Assembly (NCBI GenBank): GCA_043801155.1
Contig: JAZDMI010000021.1
Span: forward strand, 130,683 to 194,682
Source of the DNA: Candidatus Gottesmanbacteria bacterium
GTDB taxonomy: Bacteria; Patescibacteriota; Microgenomatia; JAMCYU01
Length of the DNA stretch: 64,000 bases
Direction: 5' to 3'
Each line of letters opens with the position of its first letter. Position 1 is the first letter of the stretch. The notes below the pieces were generated by a model. It had not been told where the DNA came from. It made no database searches and saw only the letters and a program-made list of their open reading frames with translations. This document shows, piece after piece, positions 20,413 to 27,357 of the stretch. Made by a program: the position numbers and the translations under genes.

Positions 20413-20603
20413 GGGGTCAGTTTAACAAATTCAGTTAAAGATTTGAAGTCGATTATTTAAAACAGAGAATAATTAGAGAGAAAATCAATTACGAATATTG
20501 AAGGAAATCAACAATGCAAAACTTCGAATCCTGTAGGGGTTATCGAATTACAGGATAGAATTTCGAGGCTAATTCTTGCTTGTACCCCGTGCCGAATTTG
20601 GGA

Positions 20604-21005
20604 CTAAAAAAATTCCTTGGGGTCGTAATTTAAATCACTTTTTGGTGGATCGTCATATCTATTAACTGGTGATCTGACACATGCATAAAATTTACCAGGT
20701 TGGAGAACAGAACATATCTCAGGTTTTTGGTTTACCGGTGGAGTTTTACCCTCTAAGCTACACTTGCCTGTTTCTAGATCAATTTGGGGACAAGGTCCAT
20801 GAATGCTGATTTGCATAAACCGTTTTCCGTCCTTTGTTTTAACAACATTTACCAGTTCAACATTTTTACTGTCTTTAAAATGCAAGTCAAATTCGGAAGG
20901 TGTTACCTCAAACACAATGTCATAGCAACATGGAGCTTGTCTCTTTTTATTATCAACGACTACTTGACAATTAAAACAAGGGTTTTCTTCATTCCAGGTA
21001 CTCAT
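20604..21005 (-). CDS. Cys-rich YkgJ-like (CxxC...CC) metal-binding protein
   Basis: PCFNC...PCC...CPQID...GKCSL...PEIC; likely start at ATG 21005, just 3' of the tRNA. Confidence 0.65.
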   Translation of the reverse strand: MSTWNEENPCFNCQVVVDNKKRQAPCCYDIVFEVTPSEFDLHFKDSKNVELVNVVKTKDGKRFMQISIHGPCPQIDLETGKCSLEGKTPPVNQKPEICSVLQPGKFYACVRSPVNRYDDPPKSDLNYDPKEFF

Positions 21006-21007
21006 AG

Positions 21008-21081
21008 TACCGCCAGCCGGATTCGAACCGGCGATTTTCAGGATGAGAACCTGATGTCCTAGGCCACTGGACGATGGCGGC
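21008..21081 (-). tRNA. tRNA-Glu(CTC), CCA not encoded
   Basis: Acceptor stem GCCGCCA/TGGCGGT; anticodon arm TCAGG-TTCTCAT-CCTGA; T arm GCCGG-TTCGAAT-CCGGC. Confidence 0.95.
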
Positions 21082-21194
21082 AACTACATATTCCGCGCTT
21101 CAAAATCCCGAGCTTCCGCTAGCTGGCGGAGCGAGCGTGAATTGAAGCAAGGAAAAAGGAATATGTGGACTTATTTTACTCTATATTTTTCTTC

Positions 21195-21223
21195 TTGACA
21201 AATAAGCCTAATTTGAGTAAAAT
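21195..21223 (+). promoter_or_regulatory. Sigma70 promoter upstream of greA
   Basis: TTGACA-17-TAAAAT. Confidence 0.75.
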
Positions 21224-21244
21224 ATGGTATTACTTTCAGTTAAA

Positions 21245-21276
21245 AAGCCCCTTTTTGGTAACGGGCTTCTTTTTTT
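21245..21276 (+). terminator. Intrinsic terminator-like hairpin in the greA leader
   Basis: AAGCCC...GGGCTT followed by CTTTTTTT, lying between the promoter and the greA SD (AAGGAG). Confidence 0.6.
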
Positions 21277-21309
21277 AAGTAGACACTTAGGCAGATTAAA
21301 GGAGATTAC

Positions 21310-21780
21310 ATGAATAACAATCAAAACGTTCTTCTAACTCGTGATGGGTTAAATGAACTTAAAAGTGAATATGACGAACTGGTGAATGTTAAGAGACCAG
21401 CCGCTGTTACACGGATGGCACAGGCACGAGATTTAGGTGATTTAGCCGAAAATAGTGAATATACAGCTGCTAGGCAAGATTTAGCTTTTATCGATGGTCG
21501 GATAGTTGAACTTGAAGAAATCTTACATGAAGCTAAGATTATTTCAAAGTCAAACTGCCCAAAAGGCAAAGTTGATCTTGGTTGTAAGGTTACTCTTCAT
21601 ATAGATGGTAAAAAAGAAGTATTTACCATTGTTGGAGAGTGGGAAGCCGATCCTAGCAATAAGAAAATTTCTCATGCTTCGCCCCTAGGACAAGCTCTTT
21701 TAGGTAAGAAAGTAGGAGAAAAAGTAGAAGTTGAAGCCCCGGTTGGGAAAATTATCTATACGATTGTTGAGATAGAGTAG
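21310..21780 (+). CDS. greA: Transcription elongation factor GreA
   Basis: ARDLGDLAENSEY, ISHASPLGQALLG. Confidence 0.97.
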   Translation: MNNNQNVLLTRDGLNELKSEYDELVNVKRPAAVTRMAQARDLGDLAENSEYTAARQDLAFIDGRIVELEEILHEAKIISKSNCPKGKVDLGCKVTLHIDGKKEVFTIVGEWEADPSNKKISHASPLGQALLGKKVGEKVEVEAPVGKIIYTIVEIE

Positions 21781-21788
21781 TTTTTATA

Positions 21789-21928
21789 GAGGCTGTTGGC
21801 TACGAATTTTTTCACTCCACACTGTCTTCGAGTAGGTTATTGTTTTGGTGCACTAGCACGAAGACCATTCGATTATAATGTAATTGCCAAAAATGTGGAG
21901 CTGTCAAAAATTATAGCACAACATCCTC
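21789..21928 (+). ncRNA. Structured ~140-nt repeat element, copy B (between greA and lysS)
   Basis: Same architecture as copy A, with compensatory changes (TGTTG/CAACA, GCTA/TAGC, CTCCACA/TGTGGAG). Confidence 0.75.
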
Positions 21929-21999
21929 AATAGATATAAGTTTGATTAATGACTTTTAATGTTTGCCTCTAAAAGTCTTACAAGGTATAATCTACGTGT

Positions 22000-23529
22000 A
22001 TGTATTGGGCTGATAAAATTGCGCAAGAATTTAAAAAGAGACACCTTCCGCTTGAGTGGGTTGATGATATGAAAACGCCTTCGGGGTTTGCCCACATGGG
22101 TTCTCTTCGGGGTCCGGTTACTCATAGTTTAGTTTATCGAGCATTACAGGATGTAGGTCTGAAAGTAAAATTTACCTTTGTCATTAACGATTTTGACCCT
22201 GCTGATGAACTTCCACCGGAATTTAAAGAAACATTAAAAGATTATCTTGGTTTCCCCTTACGGAAAGTTCCCAGTCCCAATAAAAAGTATGATAGTCTTG
22301 GTAGTCTGATTGCTCAGGATTTTATAACATCCTTTAGAACTTTAGGCGTCGAGGCGGAAATATTATCATCTTGGGATATGTATCATCAGGGGAAATTTGA
22401 CAATGTTATAAAAATTGCCCTTGATAATTCAGGGAAAATCCAAGATATTTATCGTCAAGTCAGCGGAAGCCAAAAAAAGGAAAGCGGATGGTTGCCTTTT
22501 CAGGTAGTTTGTCAAAAATGCGGTAAGCTAGGAACAACCAAAGTTACCGACTGGGATGGCAAAGAAGTGACTTATGAATGTTTACCTGACTTAGTTAAAT
22601 GGGCAAGCGGCTGCGGATATAAGGGAAAAGTTTCTCCGTTTGGCGGTTCAGGTAAATTACCCTGGAAAGTTGATTGGCCAGCCCATTGGAAGGTGATCGG
22701 TGTGACTTGTGAGGGAGCCGGTAAAGATCATGGATCAGCCGGAGGTTCTTATGATATTGCTTTAAAGCTTTGTGATAAAGTTTTTAAATATCCCAGTCCT
22801 TTTAAATTTGTTTATGAATTTTTTCTGCTTGGTGGCCAAAAAATGTCTTCTTCAAAAGGAATAGGATTTAAAGCTCATGACTTAATTGGAATATTACCTC
22901 CTAATGTGGCTCGATTTTTATTTGTTAGAACTGATTATCAACAGGCAATTAATTTTAATCCTGATGGGTATACGATTCCTAATTTATTTGATGAATATGA
23001 TCGTTGTGCTAAAGAATTTTTTGCCAAAGGCCGAAAGTCAGATTTCGGTAGAAGTTATGAACTTTCCCAAACTAATCCAAAACAACCGGAAAAATTTGTT
23101 GATATTCGTTTTCGCCAAATTGCTCAGTTGATACAGATGCCTAATATGGCAGGTAAAATAAAGAATAACCCACAGCTTGTAGAAAGAGCAAAATATGCAA
23201 AGATATGGCTTGAAAATTTCGCTCCTGAAAGTGAAAAATTCAGCATTAAAAATGATTTACCAAATGAAGTAAAAAAACTGAATCAAACCCAAAAGCTTCT
23301 TTTAAAAAGAATCACTGCTGAAATTGATAAAAAATGGGAAGCAGAAGATTTTCAAAAGGAAATATATAATTGGGGAAAAGAATTAGGATTATCCTCCGGA
23401 GAAACTTTTCAAACTATTTATCTTTCTCTTATCGGTAAAGATCATGGTCCCAAAGCTGCGTGGTTGATATTATCTTTGGATAAAGAATTTGTAAAAACAA
23501 GATTTGAAGAAGTAGCTAATCAAAAATGA
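22000..23529 (+). CDS. lysS: Class I lysine--tRNA ligase
   Basis: MYWAD, TPSGFAHMG, CQKCG, KLPWKVDWPAHW, GKDH, KMSSSKG. Confidence 0.95.
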   Translation: MYWADKIAQEFKKRHLPLEWVDDMKTPSGFAHMGSLRGPVTHSLVYRALQDVGLKVKFTFVINDFDPADELPPEFKETLKDYLGFPLRKVPSPNKKYDSLGSLIAQDFITSFRTLGVEAEILSSWDMYHQGKFDNVIKIALDNSGKIQDIYRQVSGSQKKESGWLPFQVVCQKCGKLGTTKVTDWDGKEVTYECLPDLVKWASGCGYKGKVSPFGGSGKLPWKVDWPAHWKVIGVTCEGAGKDHGSAGGSYDIALKLCDKVFKYPSPFKFVYEFFLLGGQKMSSSKGIGFKAHDLIGILPPNVARFLFVRTDYQQAINFNPDGYTIPNLFDEYDRCAKEFFAKGRKSDFGRSYELSQTNPKQPEKFVDIRFRQIAQLIQMPNMAGKIKNNPQLVERAKYAKIWLENFAPESEKFSIKNDLPNEVKKLNQTQKLLLKRITAEIDKKWEAEDFQKEIYNWGKELGLSSGETFQTIYLSLIGKDHGPKAAWLILSLDKEFVKTRFEEVANQK

Positions 23530-24113
23530 TTAATCGTGAAGATGCTTTAAATTTCATTAAGAATAAAGTTCCACAGGAAAATATTGTTAAACATATGTTA
23601 GCTTGTGAGGCTTTAATGGGAGGAGTTTATGATCATCTATTAGGCAAAGGAGTAGATGATTTAGGAGGAACGAAGGAAGAATGGATGATTGCAGGACTTA
23701 TTCATGATGGTGATTATTGTCCTGATGTATCAGTAGATAAACAGGGTATACAGATTGTTGAGTGGTTAAAAGAAGCCGGATACGATATTCATAATAATGT
23801 TGCTCAAACAACTGCTAGCCATAATTGGCATAATACAGGTAATGAGCCAAAGAGTTTAATGGATTGGGCGCTTTTTTGCGGAGATACACTGACAGGATTA
23901 ATAGTGGCGACAACTCTAGTTAGACCGGAAAGAAAACTGGCATTAGTAGAAGTTGACTCGGTTATGAAAAAATTTAAAGATCCATCATTTGCGGCGGGAA
24001 CTAGAAGAAACGATATCAAATTATGTGAAGAAAAATTAAGTCTACCATTGGAGAGATTTATCGATATTGGTTTAAAATCAATGCAGGGGATAAGTAATAA
24101 ACTGGGTTTATAA
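23526..24113 (+). CDS. HD-domain hydrolase
   Basis: KHMLACE, GLIHDGD, SHN, FAAG. Confidence 0.85.
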   Translation: MINREDALNFIKNKVPQENIVKHMLACEALMGGVYDHLLGKGVDDLGGTKEEWMIAGLIHDGDYCPDVSVDKQGIQIVEWLKEAGYDIHNNVAQTTASHNWHNTGNEPKSLMDWALFCGDTLTGLIVATTLVRPERKLALVEVDSVMKKFKDPSFAAGTRRNDIKLCEEKLSLPLERFIDIGLKSMQGISNKLGL

Positions 24114-24146
24114 TTCTATAATATTCATATAAAGATAGGAGAAAAA

Positions 24147-24440
24147 ATGGCCGGAGAAAATGAATTACATTCTAATCAGGTAGAAGCAACAGTCCAAAAG
24201 GGAGAAAGTGGTAAATTCTTTGTTGAACGATCAATAAATCCAGGACCTCAAAGTGTAATTGTTATACAAGAGGAAAAAGCCTCAGATATGATCCAAACTC
24301 CTGGTAGGTTAACAGCAAGGGATATTGGGAGTGTTCTTATGGATATTCTCAATGAAGGAAAAACCATACAAGCATTTCAAATTACCTTAGGGGTCTCTGG
24401 AGGAACTAGCGGTGCAGTTATTGTTGTAAACAATAAATGA
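24147..24440 (+). CDS. Hypothetical protein
   Basis: 97-aa ORF with upstream AGGAG; overlaps the next start (ATGA). Confidence 0.55.
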   Translation: MAGENELHSNQVEATVQKGESGKFFVERSINPGPQSVIVIQEEKASDMIQTPGRLTARDIGSVLMDILNEGKTIQAFQITLGVSGGTSGAVIVVNNK

Positions 24441-25051
24441 AACGTCTTCTTATTGCCACCACAAATCCTGGTAAACTCACAGAAATCAAATTTTTTCTGA
24501 AGGAAATACCCATAAAACTAGTCAGTCTTACCGATTTAGGAATAAAAGATAAGGTTGAGGAAGATGGAAAGACTTTCGAAGAAAATGCTAGAAAGAAAGC
24601 AATTTATTATTGTAAGATTTCCGGAATACCAACTATTGCCGACGACGGGGGATTAGAAATCGATTATTTAAACGGTGAACCGGGAGTAAAATCTCACCGA
24701 TGGATTGATAATAAAGTAAATTCAGACGAGGAGTTAATAAAATATACTTTGGAAAAATTAAAAGGATTACCGTTTGATAAACGGGGGGCACAACTGCGTA
24801 CTGTTATCGCGTTAACCATTCCCAATGGGTCTACCTTTATCAGTGAAAGTATTATTAGAGGTGTAATTTCTGAAAAAGCAGCATCATTTCGAACCCCGGG
24901 TTTTCCTTATCGTTCTCTACTTTACTTGCCCGAGTCAGGAAAATTTTATCACCAGGACGATTTAACAGAAGAAGAAAATATAAAATATAACCACCGAGGT
25001 AAAGCCCTTAGGAAATTAAAAAGAATTATTAAAGAAAAAGTGTTAAAATAA
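24437..25051 (+). CDS. rdgB: Non-canonical purine NTP pyrophosphatase (Ham1/RdgB family)
   Basis: ATTNPGK, TFEENARKKA, ADDGGLEID, NHRGKA. Confidence 0.88.
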   Translation: MKRLLIATTNPGKLTEIKFFLKEIPIKLVSLTDLGIKDKVEEDGKTFEENARKKAIYYCKISGIPTIADDGGLEIDYLNGEPGVKSHRWIDNKVNSDEELIKYTLEKLKGLPFDKRGAQLRTVIALTIPNGSTFISESIIRGVISEKAASFRTPGFPYRSLLYLPESGKFYHQDDLTEEENIKYNHRGKALRKLKRIIKEKVLK

Positions 25052-25126
25052 GTCCAGGTATTCCTTTTTTCTTGCCTCATTCAAGCCTGATTGTGAATCA
25101 GGCGTTCTGAGGGGCGAAATAAAAAA

Positions 25127-26362
25127 ATGTTAGATATTAATTTAATTAGAGAAAATCCGGAAAAAATAAAAAAAGGAATTGCTGACAAAGGTTATTCTGT
25201 TGATTTAGTGGATGATCTTTTAATACTTGATAAAAAACATCGAGAACTCATTGGCGAAATTGAGGAATTGCGGGCAAAAAGAAATCAGGTAGCCAAAGAA
25301 AAAAATATCGAAGAAGGTAAAAAAATAAAATCAGAACTTCGCAAGAGAGAACCCGAGCTAGAAAAATCAGAAAAAGAACTTTTAGACAAGTTACAGATAA
25401 TTCCTAATCCTCCGGCTGATGGCGTTCCTTTTGGAAAAGGTGAAGCGGAGAATGTTGAAATAAAAAAATGGGGGACTCCAAGAAAATTTGACTTTACCCC
25501 AAAAGACCATTTGGAATTAGGAACATCTCTTGGTATTTTGGATTTTGATTCGGGAGCCAAAGTATCCGGGGCGAATTTTTATTTTTGGCTTAAAGCAGGT
25601 GCGCTTTTGGAATTAGCACTTATTCGTTATGCTTTCGATGTTTTATCTAAAGAAGGATTTACACCAATTATTACTCCTGACCTGGTTCACTCGCGTTATT
25701 ATCTGGGAACTGGTTATATGCCAAAAGGTAACGAAGCTCAGACATATACAATTGAAGGTGAAGATCTGGGATTAATTGCTACTGCCGAAGTAACATTAGC
25801 CGGGAGACATGCAGATGAAATAATTCCGGAAGAAAAATTACCGATAAAATATATTGGTTATTCTCATTGTTTCCGCAAAGAGGCAGGATCGTATGGAAAG
25901 TATGCTAAAGGTTTGTATCGAGTTCATCAATTTACAAAAGCAGAGATGTTTATATATTGTTTACCGGAAGAATCAGAAAAATATCATCAACATATTTTGG
26001 CCATGGAAGAAAAGATTTATCAAGGGCTTGGGTTACCCTACCGAGTTTTACAAATGTGTACCGGTGATTTGGGAGCAATGGCAGCTAAGAAATATGATAT
26101 TGAAGCTTGGATGCCCTGTCGAGGTGAATATGGTGAAGTTACATCAACCTCAAATTGCACTGATTACCAAGCAAGAAATTTAAACATAAAATTTAAAAGA
26201 AAAAATGGTCAGATGGAATTTATTCACATGTTGAACGGAACAGCGATTGCCACATCAAGAACCCCCCTAGCAATTTTAGAAAATTATCAGCAAAAAGACG
26301 GTAGTGTTTTAATTCCTGAGGTGCTTCGTGAATATATCGGATTTGAAAAAATTTCTCCCTAA
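25127..26362 (+). CDS. serS: Serine--tRNA ligase
   Basis: MLDINLIRE, LIATAE, GLYRVHQFTK, SNCTDYQAR, LNGTA. Confidence 0.97.
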   Translation: MLDINLIRENPEKIKKGIADKGYSVDLVDDLLILDKKHRELIGEIEELRAKRNQVAKEKNIEEGKKIKSELRKREPELEKSEKELLDKLQIIPNPPADGVPFGKGEAENVEIKKWGTPRKFDFTPKDHLELGTSLGILDFDSGAKVSGANFYFWLKAGALLELALIRYAFDVLSKEGFTPIITPDLVHSRYYLGTGYMPKGNEAQTYTIEGEDLGLIATAEVTLAGRHADEIIPEEKLPIKYIGYSHCFRKEAGSYGKYAKGLYRVHQFTKAEMFIYCLPEESEKYHQHILAMEEKIYQGLGLPYRVLQMCTGDLGAMAAKKYDIEAWMPCRGEYGEVTSTSNCTDYQARNLNIKFKRKNGQMEFIHMLNGTAIATSRTPLAILENYQQKDGSVLIPEVLREYIGFEKISP

Positions 26363-27104
26363 AACTCTTATTAAGATAAATTCTCCGATTAATGGCGAAA
26401 TTTCTGTTATTGAACAATTCGGGAAAAGAAAAATTATGGTTGGTGGTTTAACACAATCTGGTCCTATGGCAGAAAAAATCTGGGAAGACGCTATAAAAGA
26501 AATATGGGCTGGCGGTGATGAATTTTTTCACTCCACGTTGTCAGGTTGTGAACCAGAGACTAGTGCACTAGCACGAAGACAATCTTTACCCAGAGACATT
26601 GCCATAAGGAGTGGAGCTGTCAAAAATTATCACGCGCCATCCCAAGGAAATAAAATACTACTTTTGGGAGTTGGGGGAGGATCTTTAGTTAAATTACTTA
26701 ATAAATATTTCCCAGATGCAAAAGTTATTGGTGTAGAAATAGATTCACTAATGATTAATTTAGGAAAAAAATATTTGGAATTAGAAAAGGCAAAAAATTT
26801 TGAAATTATTATTGACGATGCAGAAAACTATGTGCAGTCCTCTATAAACTATAAGCAAAATTTCGATTTAATTTTTGTTGATATGTACAAAGGAGATAAA
26901 GTTCCAGAGAATTTGGAAAATATAAATTTTTTACAAAATTTAAAAAATATTTTATCAATAAATGGCCTAGTTATTTTTAATCGTCTGTACTATAAAAATC
27001 ACATTTTTGAAGCAAATATTTTTCTTGACAAATTGAAGAAAATATTTAATGATTTAAGATGTAAAAAGATTTACACAAATATTTTCTTATATTGTAAAAA
27101 ATAA
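26328..27104 (+). CDS. Spermidine-synthase-like SAM methyltransferase carrying a ~47-codon in-frame insertion
   Basis: LLLGVGGG, GVEID, DDA, DLIFVD; the insert corresponds to repeat copy C. Confidence 0.8.
   Translation: MNISDLKKFLPKTLIKINSPINGEISVIEQFGKRKIMVGGLTQSGPMAEKIWEDAIKEIWAGGDEFFHSTLSGCEPETSALARRQSLPRDIAIRSGAVKNYHAPSQGNKILLLGVGGGSLVKLLNKYFPDAKVIGVEIDSLMINLGKKYLELEKAKNFEIIIDDAENYVQSSINYKQNFDLIFVDMYKGDKVPENLENINFLQNLKNILSINGLVIFNRLYYKNHIFEANIFLDKLKKIFNDLRCKKIYTNIFLYCKK
26505..26644 (+). repeat. Structured ~140-nt repeat element, copy C (in frame in a CDS)
   Basis: TGGG-C-TGGCG-GTGAT...ATCAC-G-CGCCA-T-CCCA with the GTGCACTAGCACGAAG core. Confidence 0.8.
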
Positions 27105-27189
27105 TAGTTCTTCCTAATTATATTTTAGAGGAACTGAACACTGTAAAATTTTAGAAACGATTTTACAGTGTAGAGGAGGTGAACTGTCC

Positions 27190-27219
27190 ATGGCAAAGAA
27201 AAAAAAGAAGAGAAAGTAA
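27190..27219 (+). CDS. Putative micro-ORF MAKKKKKRK
   Basis: Perfect SD AGGAGGTGA ending 7 nt upstream of the ATG; flanked by hairpins. Confidence 0.5.
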   Translation: MAKKKKKRK

Positions 27220-27273
27220 AAATCTTGCAATTGAGTTTGTATTAAAACTTTTTCTTGCTGCAAGAAAAAACTG

Positions 27274-27318
27274 CCCAGCCCGCCAAAAATATTTTATTTA
27301 GGCGGGTTTTGGTTTGGG
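27274..27318 (+). terminator. Terminator-like hairpin upstream of secA
   Basis: GCCCGCC...GGCGGGT followed by a T-rich tract. Confidence 0.55.
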
Positions 27319-27357
27319 AAGAAATTTAGTTCAAAAAGTGGTAAAATTTAAACCAGA

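Noticed and set aside
21006-21083. N-terminal extension of ORF 20604..21083 (MPPSSSGLGHQV...)
   Set aside because: It is the tRNA-Glu sequence read as codons; the plausible start is 21005.
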